This document shows, one piece after another, positions 12,877 through 24,641 of a stretch of 64,000 nucleotides of DNA. Source of the DNA: Bugula neritina (taxonomy: Eukaryota; Animalia; Bryozoa); contig OZ037768.1 in NCBI GenBank assembly GCA_964035545.1, positions 11,688,741-11,752,740 of the forward strand, read 5' to 3'. Positions within the stretch are counted from its first letter, which is position 1, and each line of letters begins with the position of its first letter. The position numbers and the translations under genes are program-made. The notes below the pieces were generated by a model. That model worked only from the letters and a program-made list of their open reading frames with translations. It ran no database searches and was not told the origin of the DNA.

Positions 12877-15440
12877 GGTATATGGCTGCACTAAATAATG
12901 GGTTAAATTAAACAGGCAATGAACTAATTATTATCTATTAGCATATGAGAAAAAATCATTTAATAATTTTCACAGCTATTTTGTGTTGCTATGTGCTGAC
13001 ATCACCAGTGTTGTTTCTAAGCATGTTATGAAGAAAAACAGTATGGTATTCTGTTATAATGATAGTAATCATACTAAGTGTAATGATTAATTTACAGTTA
13101 TTAGGTTAAATGTATTATTGTGTTGCACTTAAATTGATTTAGTTCCTCTTTTAGTTACAGTAAATTATCACTTAAAGCATGTTTATATGCTTTACTAACT
13201 ACTCTGCATGAACAAAGTTTCTGGGTAAATTAATTCTCAAGATAGTGAATCAAAATTTACATTATTTCTTTTTTCATGATTTATCTTAGTGCTACTGAGT
13301 AAAAATTAGTAAAGGGTTTAACACATGTGTGATAGCAATTTAACATGAGTGGTTTTATACAAAACACATGCAACTATTTTTGTTTCCAGCCAAGTTGTGT
13401 TGTGAACAGCAAGTACATTTGATGTCTCAAGCAATATAATCTGATTGGCTTACCACAAGTTTAGACACACACACTAGGCATGTTCACAAGCAAGGTAGAA
13501 AAACTAGCTATTGGATACACAAATATTATATAAGAAACATATCAGTTTTGTCAATAGACTTCCACCTAAACGTTTCTGCTATATTACAAAATCACCCAAG
13601 TTCACATCAACCTTCACACTTTTAATTCTTGTAAACTAGTAACCACCAGGTAAGGTAGGACATATTTTGTTAGATATGGCTTTTAAATACTAGTTGTAAC
13701 TACAAGCACATGATATGAAGCAGTTGTCCTTTACTTTAGGTACTAATCTGAGATAGGTTTCATAAAGCATGACTGGAATTTGTTTATTCATCACATGAAT
13801 GAGTGAAATTGTGAAGAAAAGGAAAAGGAGGACAATCATAAATGTTTTCTCTCACTAATACGAAAATACAATAGTCTATAGTATTTCAGCAACCAGTAGT
13901 GTAGTAATCAATATCACACCCTTCCTACACCTTTAAAACTTATTAAAAGCATGATATTGCACATTTGTATTATAAGCCAGCACTAACTATAATAAGATTC
14001 TAAAATAATCAGTTATGCATGTATATATAACCCTAGAAGTGCCCAGCACAGCGTTAGCTGGCCCAAAATATGCTTGGACCAGATTTTGGTGGCCCTTACG
14101 TAGGCATGCTCATTGGCTAGTACTAATAGGGTAGTATTAGATATGGTTCTTGTGATTAAACAGATGAGTAACGTTTACTATTTTGTTTCAAATAAGCCTA
14201 GTATGTATTAGTAGAACAGAATATATAGTTGCAATGCAAAAACTGATTGTCCTAGGAATAATACTTTCTAGTCACACCCAAGTTAATGAATTGATGGGGT
14301 GGCCAGGCTGTATGCATGGAAGTTCGAAATTAGTGAGAAAATGTTGCTCTTCCTTCTTATTAGTACAAAAAAATATATAATGGCAATTTCCCTTTACAAT
14401 TAAGCAGGAAATCTGATGCATACAGTTGCTTCTATTAATTTCAAAAGTACTTGATATGGTCTACACTCTATCGTGACATAGTCTTTGATATCATCATTAA
14501 CTTTTTCAATGTTTTACCTTTAAAAATGTGTCATATAACTTCTCTAGTAGCAGTAGATCATGAGTTAATGCAGGTGACGTTGATGTCTGCTATACCATGT
14601 ACTTACCTGAACATTTGTTTACCAATGAAACTGGTGGGGCTTGCTTGTAAGGTCAAAGATATGTAAACAAAATAGGATTCATTTAGTACTACAGAAGGAC
14701 ATTAGTATTGTATTAGATAATTCCTTGCATTTACACTAGCATGTTGGATTGTAAGCAAGTAAGTGCTTGTTGTTCCAGTCTTATTGTTAAAGCAGTCTTG
14801 TGACATAATTATATGTGACATTATGACATGAGGCAAACCCACACATTATTACTTCTCATTAAGCTATTATATGTATGCATTGTATACATTAGCTATTCAA
14901 CTACTGCCAACAAAATCATGTTGTGTTTTTGTAATTCTGTGTTGGCGATATGCCATGCCGGGTGTGTATGAACTTTTGTCAGCTGGTAAGTTTAGTATGA
15001 GAAATCAAATTGTAAATAACTCCTAAGTAGGACACTGAAGGACATTTTGCTGTCAGAAGATTATGGTGAAAATATATATAATAAGTATAATGATGTCATA
15101 ATAAATACTCAAGCAAAAAGACAATATAATGGCCCAAAATAATAAATTTTTGGTGTATTGTGTTTCAATTCACAAACACATTTCCTTAGTGCAACATTAT
15201 TACAAATACATTAAATATGCTTATATTAATACACCATAATGGCTTCATAAAATGACAATTTTGAAAAAAAGAAACCAAGCTAACTATGGCTTCAAATCTT
15301 AAAGTTTCTTTTTTGAGGAAGAGGTAAAAAGGCTCTACTCTGGTTACAAACTGCTGAGCTAGTTTTCTGTATTCACATGAATGAGCAATGAGCATAGTTA
15401 CGTATAGCATTAACCTTTTCAGCCAGATTATAGACACTAT

Positions 15441-15747
15441 TGTTGTGTTCTTGTTATTTATGTTAAACAAGAGTAAACAGTAAGATTAAGCACGTATAAG
15501 TAAGATTGGCTGTAGAGTAGAATGTATGACTGTATTGTATTGAAGCTAACAAGTAACTGACATAAAAATACATGTAGATAAACAGTGACAGAATAACAAC
15601 TGGCTTGTATATTGATATGGCAAAAACTGTATATAATGAGTTTAAACAAATAGACATTAGAATAAAAAGTAACCGAGCACATAAAATGTGGTATGTCATA
15701 ATATGCATATATGTGGTGTATTGACAAGGCTAGTTCAATACATAGCA
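15441..15747 (-). repeat. 3' LTR of the Gypsy element
   Basis: Direct repeat of 18479..18785. Adjacent purine tract GTGAGGGAGGAG on the minus strand at ~15748-15759. Confidence 0.95.
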
Positions 15748-15921
15748 CTCCTCCCTCACAAATTTAGACTTAAGAGTTATGGCTTGTACCAATCTGGCTG
15801 TCTGCGCTCTCTGGTTGGATAGCGCCTCTCATGAGGATGGACAATATTATTATCAGCTTGGGGTGTGTTGGGTACCACTGATTTGTTCATATTTGTAAAT
15901 GGAAGGCGAATTTGAAGCTGA

Positions 15922-18435
15922 TTAGCATGCCTCTTCCAGTTGCCACTGTCTGTTTGTACTATGTAGATAGCATTTCCTTGTTTTTGAAGCGTAAGCCACT
16001 GGAACTTCTCCCTGATCAGTATCCTGCGAGAGAACAACTCCTAATCCATAGGATGACGCATCGGCTGCAAGAATTAGGGGTTTTGTCTCATCATAGTGTG
16101 TCAGGCTAGTAGCATTGATAATGCTATTCTTCAGCTGGGTAAAGGCTTGTTCACATTCATTTGACCATGTGAATGTGGTATCATTCTTGAGGAGCTTGTA
16201 CAGTGGAGCTGCTTTATCCGCAAGATTAGAGATGAAGCGCCCATAGTAGTTAACCTTTCCTAGAAATGCTTGCAGTTGGTGCAAGTCCTGTGGTCGAGGT
16301 AATTGAGAGAGAGCTGCCATGGAAGCAGCTGTTGGTCGTTTGCCACCCTTGTCGATGGTGTGACCCAGATACTCTACAGAGTGCTTGAAGAATTCACACT
16401 TGTCTAATCGTATTCGAAAACCATGCTCTTGAAGTGTTGAAAGCAGGTTTGTCAGATTAGTCCAGTGTTCTTCCTCCGTTTTACCAGTAATGATTAAATC
16501 ATCAAGGTATGCAGCAACTCCTGGTAATTTTTGAGTCAAGGTATCCATACACCGTTGAAACTGAGCTGGACCAGGGGCAATTCCAAAGCACATTCTATTA
16601 TATTGGTATAATCCGAATGGAGTGTTTATCACACACAGCTGTTTGGCATCATCTTCTAGCTCAAGTTGTAGGTAAGCATCAGCCAAGTCAAGTTTGGTGA
16701 AGAATTTACCTCCTCTAAGCCTGTTCATTAAATCATCCAGTTTTGGTAGTGGATGCTGATCTATGGAGATGCACTGATTGAGTCGCTTGAAATCTCCACA
16801 GATGCGAACTTTGCCAGACGGCTTGGTAACCACTACTATAGGAGCGGCCCAGTTACTGAAGTTAATACGTTGTATGACACCTTCAGCTTCAAGCCTGTTT
16901 AATTCAGCCCTAGTGGCCTCATGTTGAGAATAGGGGATTTCTCTAGGTTTAGAAAAACAAGGTTTCTGTTCTGATTTGAGGTAAATTGGTACTTTGAATG
17001 TTTTACAATGTCCTATTCCAGGTTTGAAAACATCGGGATATTTTGTTGTGAGAACTTTGACCTTGGTATCAACATTGTGTACTGCGTTAGTAACCTCGGT
17101 GTCACTGTCTACAGCAGATAGACCCTGTTGTGATAGTCCAAAACTGTCACTCCAGTTTACACCCAGTAAGTTGACACCTTCATCTGAGTCTACTATTAAT
17201 AATCGAAGATTGTTTTTTGTAGTCTGACCAATAGTTACTGTTACATAGCATTCACCACGTACCTGCATAGCGGTATTTCCATATGAATGAAGGGTCATGT
17301 CTGTCTGTTGATATGGTGGAGAGCCTAGGGCTTCGTAGCCTTTGTTCCCTACCATAGAACAAGTAGCGCCTGTGTCCCACTGAAATTGTGTTTGTTTGTT
17401 GTTCACAGTAGTGTTAATCCATATTTGTTTCCCCTTGCGTTCATATATATTGTAAACACTACTTGAAGATTCTTCTACGAAGTGAGAGTTGTTCCCACTT
17501 GATTTTGATGAAGTTTTGCAGACGCTAGAAATATGTCCTGTTTTGTTGCACAGCTTACATTGTTTGTTACGGAGAGGACATTGTTTACGATCGTGGCTAA
17601 TGTAGCATTGTGGACACGATTTCAACTTGGAAGGCTGTGTTGGCATAGCAGTCTGGTTTTCAGACTTGTGAAATTGTGGTCTCTTGCCCTGACTACCTTT
17701 GTTTTGACGTTTGTATGTTGAGGACATTTGATTTGTGGTAACAGGTGTAGAGGTCTCACCCTTCAAAACTTTATCAGTTTCTGCTGTTTGAATGTATGTA
17801 GCTGCCTTCTTTAACACATTTTCCAGTGTAGGATCTGGATCCAATAAGCATTGTCTACGTACATCAGCATGTGGAGTTTCTTTAATAATTATGTCACGGA
17901 TTTGATCATCAACATAACTTTCACCACAGTCTTCCTTTTTACAGGTAAAATTGCAGTTACGAGCTAAACCCCGTAAATCAGCTGCCCAATCTGAGTATGA
18001 CTGGTTAGGTTTCATTTTACAGTTATAAAACTGATATCTAGCTGCTTGCACATGTTTTGTTTCAATAAAATGTGTGCTAAGCTTACCTGCTAGATTATCG
18101 AACGACATGGTAGTTATGTCCTCCGAGCCATACAGTTTTGTCAGCAATTCATAACATTCTGAGCCAATCCATGAAAGTAAGCAAGCTCGTTTTTGTTCAC
18201 TGTCACTTACGTTGTAAACGGTAAAGTGCTGATTGAGCCGCTGTAAATACTGAGTCCATGATTCCTTGTCTCTGTCATAAGAGTCGAATCTAGGCACAGT
18301 TACAGATTTATTTTGTGCAGGTTCACCAGGCTTTACAGCTGTAGTAAATTGTCCCAGTATTTGAGCGAATTGCTCCATCTGCTGCTGCTGTTGTTGCTGC
18401 ATTGTTGTTATAAGTTGTTTTATAACTTCCTCCAT
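15922..18435 (-). CDS. Gypsy gag-protease-RT-(truncated RNase H) polyprotein, 837 aa
   Basis: Gag Zn knuckles (CPQCYISH..C, CKLCNKTGH..C), protease WDTGA, RT WAAPIVVV/RICGDFK/LDLADAYLQ/YLDD, and RNase H start ADASSYGLG..VAYASK, after which the frame is lost. Confidence 0.93.
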   Translation of the reverse strand: MEEVIKQLITTMQQQQQQQMEQFAQILGQFTTAVKPGEPAQNKSVTVPRFDSYDRDKESWTQYLQRLNQHFTVYNVSDSEQKRACLLSWIGSECYELLTKLYGSEDITTMSFDNLAGKLSTHFIETKHVQAARYQFYNCKMKPNQSYSDWAADLRGLARNCNFTCKKEDCGESYVDDQIRDIIIKETPHADVRRQCLLDPDPTLENVLKKAATYIQTAETDKVLKGETSTPVTTNQMSSTYKRQNKGSQGKRPQFHKSENQTAMPTQPSKLKSCPQCYISHDRKQCPLRNKQCKLCNKTGHISSVCKTSSKSSGNNSHFVEESSSSVYNIYERKGKQIWINTTVNNKQTQFQWDTGATCSMVGNKGYEALGSPPYQQTDMTLHSYGNTAMQVRGECYVTVTIGQTTKNNLRLLIVDSDEGVNLLGVNWSDSFGLSQQGLSAVDSDTEVTNAVHNVDTKVKVLTTKYPDVFKPGIGHCKTFKVPIYLKSEQKPCFSKPREIPYSQHEATRAELNRLEAEGVIQRINFSNWAAPIVVVTKPSGKVRICGDFKRLNQCISIDQHPLPKLDDLMNRLRGGKFFTKLDLADAYLQLELEDDAKQLCVINTPFGLYQYNRMCFGIAPGPAQFQRCMDTLTQKLPGVAAYLDDLIITGKTEEEHWTNLTNLLSTLQEHGFRIRLDKCEFFKHSVEYLGHTIDKGGKRPTAASMAALSQLPRPQDLHQLQAFLGKVNYYGRFISNLADKAAPLYKLLKNDTTFTWSNECEQAFTQLKNSIINATSLTHYDETKPLILAADASSYGLGVVLSQDTDQGEVPVAYASKTRKCYLHSTNRQWQLEEAC

Positions 18436-18458
18436 TTCAAAATGATATGGTTGTATTT

Positions 18459-18476
18459 ATCCCACTTCTGACACCA
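18459..18476 (-). promoter_or_regulatory. Primer-binding site (tRNA-Leu type)
   Basis: Minus strand reads TGGTGTCAGAAGTGGGAT, 2 nt inside the 5' LTR. This is complementary to a tRNA-Leu 3' end (...ATCCCACTTCTGACACCA). Confidence 0.8.
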
Positions 18477-18478
18477 GT

Positions 18479-18785
18479 TGTTGTGTTCTTGTTATTTATG
18501 TTAAACAAGAGTAAACAGTAAGATTAAGCACGTATAAGTAAGATTGGCTGTAGAGTAGAATGTATGACTGTATTGTATTGAAGCTAACAAGTAACTGACA
18601 TAAAAATACATGTAGATAAACAGTGACAGAATAACAACTGGCTTGTATATTGATATGGCAAAAACTGTATATAATGAGTTTAAACAAATAGACATTAGAA
18701 TAAAAAGTAACCGAGCACATAAAATGTGGTATGTCATAATATGCATATATGTGGTGTATTGACAAGGCTAGTTCAATACATAGCA
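18479..18785 (-). repeat. 5' LTR of the Gypsy element
   Basis: Direct repeat of 15441..15747; the ORF-track translations of both copies are identical. Confidence 0.95.
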
Positions 18786-19532
18786 ACTATCCAAAGTAGC
18801 ATTGCAGTAATTAGACAGCATGCTCTATGGCTCTATAGCCTCTAAAGTCTAGTGGTGTTACAACCTGCAGCCACCAGTCAACACCAGTACTAACGTAAAT
18901 CCTCAATCTAAGTGTAATTCTACTATTTTGACTGCCTGCTTCTGCCAGTGAACGTTTTGTAAAATCTTTCATGTTTTAACTTACTCAGATAGTTTGAATA
19001 GATCCTATGTTAGATCAATCATTTTCAGATGACACATTTTCGAAAGTTGCTAAGCACAAATTAAAAAATTTCAAACAACAACCTTGATGTTACTATAAGC
19101 TGCGTGATCAAGCATTTTTATTGTTTATGATATCAATATAATTATCAATAGTTAGCTAAGCACACACATTGTACTAAGTGTTACAAATACTCATCTAGTT
19201 GATAGCTGCAATATTGTTTAGTGATAAAATGTTATAACTATGGTATGTATACAGAGGTGTACCATGTGCAGTAATGTTTTATGATTACCATTAATATAAT
19301 TATTCTTATGCTGAATAAAATTACTGAATGACTAAATGCACCTTAAAAACTCTGTAAGTTGAGGTGAATTGCATTACAGTAAGCAGTTATTGTGCACAAC
19401 TACCTAATTAGCTTTTTAATCTGTTTTGTTATTTTAGTCAACTATTTTTCCATGTTGCCATGAATGCTTATATAGTAATTTTTCAGATGTGCAAAATAAT
19501 TTTTTTGAATTAGCAATTGACATATAAAAGAT

Positions 19533-19558
19533 GAGGTAGGTGCAGTAATGGAGATATT
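19533..19558 (+). repeat. Left TIR
   Basis: 22/26 match to the reverse complement of 35574..35599 and 42341..42366; immediately preceded by TAAAAGAT. Confidence 0.85.
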
Positions 19559-19612
19559 GGAAATCACATATAAAAATTTACTATACAACATTTTCATTTT
19601 CTCCACATTATG

Positions 19613-22600
19613 TTATATATCTACACTTTTGGAGATTTGTTGAAAGTGTTAGACAGAGCCCTATCTGATTATTTTGTTAGATTGTTAGATTGTTGAAAAT
19701 CCAATGCTTTTATATATAAAAAAGTGTTGGAGATTTGTTGAAAGTGTTAGACAGACCCCTATCTGATTATTTTGTTAGATTGTTAGATTGTTGAAAATCC
19801 AATGCTTTTATATATAAAAAAGTGTTGAAGATTTGTTGAAAGTGTTAGACAGAGCCCTATCTGATTATTTTGTTAGATTGTTAGATTGTTGAATATTCAA
19901 TGCTTTTATATATAAAAAAGTGTTGGAGATTTGTTGAAAGTGTTAGACAGAGCCCTATCTGATTATTTTGTTAGATTGTTAGATTGTTGAAAATCCAATG
20001 CTTTTATATATAAAAAAGTGTTGGAGATTTGTTGAAAGTGTTAGACAGAGCCCTATCTGATTATTTTGTTAGATTGTTAGATTGTTGAAAATCCAATGCT
20101 TTTATATATAAAAAAGTGTTGAAGATTTGTTGAAAGTGTTAGACAGAGCCCTATCTGATTATTTTGTTAGATTGTTAGATTGTTGAAAATCCAATGCTTT
20201 TATATATAAAAAAGTGTTGAAGATTTGTTGAAAGTGTTAGACAGAGCCCTATCTGATTATTTTGTTAGATTGTTAGATTGTTGAATATTCAATGCTTTTA
20301 TATATAAAAAAGTGTTGGAGATTTGTTGAAAGTGTTAGACAGAGCCCTATCTGATTATTTTGTTAGATTGTTAGATTGTTGAAAATCCAATGCTTTTATA
20401 TATAAAAAAGTGTTGGAGATTTGTTGAAAGTGTTAGACAGAGCCCTATCTGATTATTTTGTTAGATTGTTAGATTGTTGAAAATCCAATGCTTTTATATA
20501 TAAAAAAGTGTTGAAGATTTGTTGAAAGTGTTAGACAGAGCCCTATCTGATTATTTTGTTAGATTGTTAGATTGTTGAAAATCCAATGCTTTTATATATA
20601 AAAAAGTGTTGGAGATTTGTTGAAAGTGTTAGACAGAGCCCTATCTGATTATTTTGTTAGATTGTTAGATTGTTGAAAATCCAATGCTTTTATATATAAA
20701 AAAGTGTTGAAGATTTGTTGAAAGTGTTAGACAGAGCCCTATCTGATTATTTTGTTAGATTGTTAGATTGTTGAAAATTCAATGCTTTTATATATAAAAA
20801 AGTGTTGGAGATTTGTTGAAAGTGTTAGACAGAGCCCTATCTGATTATTTTGTTAGATTGTTAGATTGTTGAAAATCCAATGCTTTTATATATAAAAAAG
20901 TGTTGGAGATTTGTTGAAAGTGTTAGACAGAGCCCTATCTGATTATTTTGTTAGATTGTTAGATTGTTGAAAATCCAATGCTTTTATATATAAAAAAGTG
21001 TTGGAGATTTGTTGAAAGTGTTAGACAGAGCCCTATCTGATTATTTTGTTAGATTGTTAGATTGTTGAAAATCCAATGCTTTTATATATAAAAAAGTGTT
21101 GAAGATTTGTTGAAAGTGTTAGACAGAGCCCTATCTAATTATTTTGTTAGATTGTTAGATTGTTGAAAATCCAATGCTTTTATATATAAAAAAGTGTTGG
21201 AGATTTGTTGAAAGTGTTAGACAGAGCCCTATCTGATTATTTTGTTAGATTGTTAGATTGTTGAAAATCCAATGCTTTTATATATAAAAAAGTGTTGAAG
21301 ATTTGTTGAAAGTGTTAGACAGAGCCCTATCTGATTATTTTGTTAGATTGTTAGATTGTTGAAAATCCAATGCTTTTATATATAAAAAAGTGTTGGAGAT
21401 TTGTTGAAAGTGTTAGACAGAGCCCTATCTGATTATTTTGTTAGATTGTTAGATTGTTGAAAATCCAATGCTTTTATATATAAAAAAGTGTTGGAGATTT
21501 GTTGAAAGTGTTAGACAGAGCCCTATCTGATTATTTTGTTAGATTGTTAGATTGTTGAAAATCCAATGCTTTTATATATAAAAAAGTGTTGGAGATTTGT
21601 TGAAAGTGTTAGACAGAGCCCTATCTGATTATTTTGTTAGATTGTTAGATTGTTGAAAATCCAATGCTTTTATATATAAAAAAGTGTTGAAGATTTGTTG
21701 AAAGTGTTAGACAGAGCCCTATCTGATTATTTTGTTAGATTGTTAGATTGTTGAAAATCCAATGCTTTTATATATAAAAAAGTGTTGGAGATTTGTTGAA
21801 AGTGTTAAACAGAGCCCTATCTGATTATTTTGTTAGATTGTTAGATTGTTGAAAATCCAATGCTTTTATATATAAAAAAGTGTTGAAGATTTGTTGAAAA
21901 TGTTAGACAGAGCCCTATCTGATTATTTTGTTAGATTGTTAGATTGTTGAAAATCCAATGCTTTTATATATAAAAAAGTGTTGGAGATTTGTTGAAAGTG
22001 TTAGACAGAGCCCTATCTGATTATTTTGTTAGATTGTTAGATTGTTGAAAATCCAATGCTTTTATATATAAAAAAGTGTTGAAGATTTGTTGAAAGTGTT
22101 AGACAGAGCCCTATCTGATTATTTTGTTAGATTGTTAGATTGTTGAAAATTCAATGCTTTTATATATAAAAAAGTGTTGGAGATTTGTTGAAAGTGTTAG
22201 ACAGAGCCCTATCTGATTATTTTGTTAGATTGTTAGATTGTTGAAAATCCAATGCTTTTATATATAAAAAAGTGTTGGAGATTTGTTGAAAGTGTTAGAC
22301 AGAGCCCTATCTGATTATTTTGTTAGATTGTTAGATTGTTGAAAATCCAATGCTTTTATATATAAAAAAGTGTTGAAGATTTGTTGAAAGTGTTAGACAG
22401 AGCCCTATCTGATTATTTTGTTAGATTGTTAGATTGTTGAATATTCAATGCTTTTATATATAAAAAAGTGTTGGAGATTTGTTGAAAGTGTTAGACAGAG
22501 CCCTATCTGATTATTCTGTTAGATTGTTAGATTGTTGAAAATTCAATGCTTTTATATATAAAAAAGTGTTGGAGATTTGTTGAAAGTGTTAGACAGAGCC

Positions 22601-24449
22601 CTATCTGATTATTTTGTTAGATTGTTAGATTGTTGAAAATCCAATGCTTTTATATATAAAAAAGTGTTGAAGATTTGTTGAAAGTGTTAGACAGAGCCCT
22701 ATCTGATTATTTTGTTAGATTGTTAGATTGTTGAAAATTCAATGCTTTTATATATCTACACTTTTGGAGATTTGTTGAAAGTGTTAGACAGAGCCCTATC
22801 TGATTATTTTGTTAGATTGTTAGATTGTTGAAAATCCAATGCTTTTATATATAAAAAAGTGTTGGAGATTTGTTGAAAGTGTTAGACAGAGCCCTATCTG
22901 ATTATTTTGTTAGATTGTTAGATTGTTGAAAATCCAATGCTTTTATATATAAAAAAGTGTTGAAGATTTGTTGAAAGTGTTAGACAGAGCCCTATCTGAT
23001 TATTTTGTTAGATTGTTAGATTGTTGAAAATCCAATGCTTTTATATATAAAAAAGTGTTGAAGATTTGTTGAAAGTGTTAGACAGAGCCCTATCTGATTA
23101 TTTTGTTAGATTGTTAGATTGTTGAAAATTCAATGCTTTTATATATAAAAAAGTGTTGGAGATTTGTTGAAAGTGTTAGACAGAGCCCTATCTGATTATT
23201 TTGTTAGATTGTTAGATTGTTGAAAATCCAATGCTTTTATATATAAAAAAGTGTTGAAGATTTGTTGAAACTGTTAGACAGAGCCCTATCTGATTATTTA
23301 GTTAGATTGTTAGATTGTTGAAAATTCAATGCTTTTATATATCTACACTTTTGGAGATTTGTTGAAAGTGTTAGACAGAGCCCTATCTGATTATTTTGTT
23401 AGATTGTTAGATTGTTGAAAATCCAATGCTTTTATATATAAAAAAGTGTTGAAGATTTGTTGAAAGTGTTAGACAGAGCCCTATCTGAATATTTTGTTAG
23501 ATTGTTAGATTGTTGAAAATTCAATGCTTTTATATATAAAAAAGTGTTGAAGATTTGTTGAAAGTGTTAGACAGTGCCCTATCTGATTATTTTGTTAGAT
23601 TGTTAGATTGTTGAAAATTCAATGCTTTTATATATAAAAAAGTGTTGGAGATTTGTTGAAAGTGTTAGACAGAGCCCTATCTGATTATTTTGTTAGATTG
23701 TTAGATTGTTGAAAATCCAATGCTTTTATATATAAAAAAGTGTTGGAGATTTGTTGAAAGTGTTAGACAGAGCCCTATCTGATTATTTTGTTAGATTGTT
23801 AGATTGTTGAAAATCCAATGCTTTTATATATAAAAAAGTGTTGAAGATTTGTTGAAAGTGTTAGACAGAGCCCTATCTGATTATTTTGTTAGATTGTTAG
23901 ATTGTTGAAAATTCAATGCTTTTATATATAAAAAAGTGTTGGAGATTTGTTGAAAGTGTTAGACAGAGCCCTATCTGATTATTTTGTTAGATTGTTAGAT
24001 GGTTGAAAATCCAATGCTTTTATATATAAAAAAGTGTTGAAGATTTGTTGAAAGTGTTAGACAGAGCCCTATCTGATTATTTTGTTAGATTGTTAGATTG
24101 TTGAAAATCCAATGCTTTTATATATAAAAAAGTGTTGAAGATTTGTTGAAAGTGTTAGGCAGAGCCCTATCTGATTATTTTGTTAGATTGTTAGATTGTT
24201 GAAAATTCAATGCTTTTATATATAAAAAAGTGTTGGAGATTTGTTGAAAGTGTTAGACAGAGCCCTATCTGATTATTTTGTTAGATTGTTAGATTGTTGA
24301 AAATCCAATGCTTTTATATATAAAAAAGTGTTGAAGATTTGTTGAAAGTGTTAGACAGAGCCCTATCAAATTATTTTGTTAGGTTGTTAGATTGTTGGAA
24401 ATTCAATGCTTTTATATATCTACACTTTCAGAGATTTGTTGAAAGTGTT
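19613..24449 (+). repeat. Left subterminal tandem array, 98-bp unit, ~49 copies
   Basis: Period 98 (e.g. 19631, 19729, 19827). Unit GGAGATTTGTTGAAAGTGTTAGACAGAGCCCTATCTGATTATTTTGTTAGATTGTTAGATTGTTGAAAATCCAATGCTTTTATATATAAAAAAGTGTT; near-identical copies with no spacers. Confidence 0.98.
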
Positions 24450-24641
24450 TGTACATTGTTTTTTCCTGCAATGTATTTGTTGAATGCTTCTATGCTGTGA
24501 AGCCGATCATTTCATGCTTCCATTCAATTAAAAATAGTCATAACACTAATTTTTTTGACATTTTGAGCATTTAATAATTTAATTGCTAAAATATAAAAAA
24601 TACATTACTCTAAATAGCATCAATGTAAAACAACTCATCCT

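Larger units (their letters stand above)
15441..18785 (-). mobile_element. Ty3/Gypsy (Mag-like) LTR retrotransposon, internally deleted
   Basis: Two 307-bp TG..CA LTRs, a 5-bp TSD ACTAT (15436-15440 / 18786-18790), a PBS and a PPT on the minus strand, and a gag-pol ORF. Confidence 0.96.

Noticed and set aside
14031-14131. Possible tiny piggyBac-like relic (CCCTAGAAGT...ACTAATAGGG)
   Set aside because: The TIR match is short and the TTAA flanks are imperfect, so support is insufficient.
15458-18786. Duplicated 96-aa and 81-aa ORFs
   Set aside because: They lie within the two LTRs, are AT-rich and carry no protein motifs.
19613-24449. CRISPR array or centromeric/telomeric satellite
   Set aside because: There are no unique spacers and no cas genes, and the context is eukaryotic. 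The arrays are inverted, gene-adjacent and enclosed by TIRs and a TSD.
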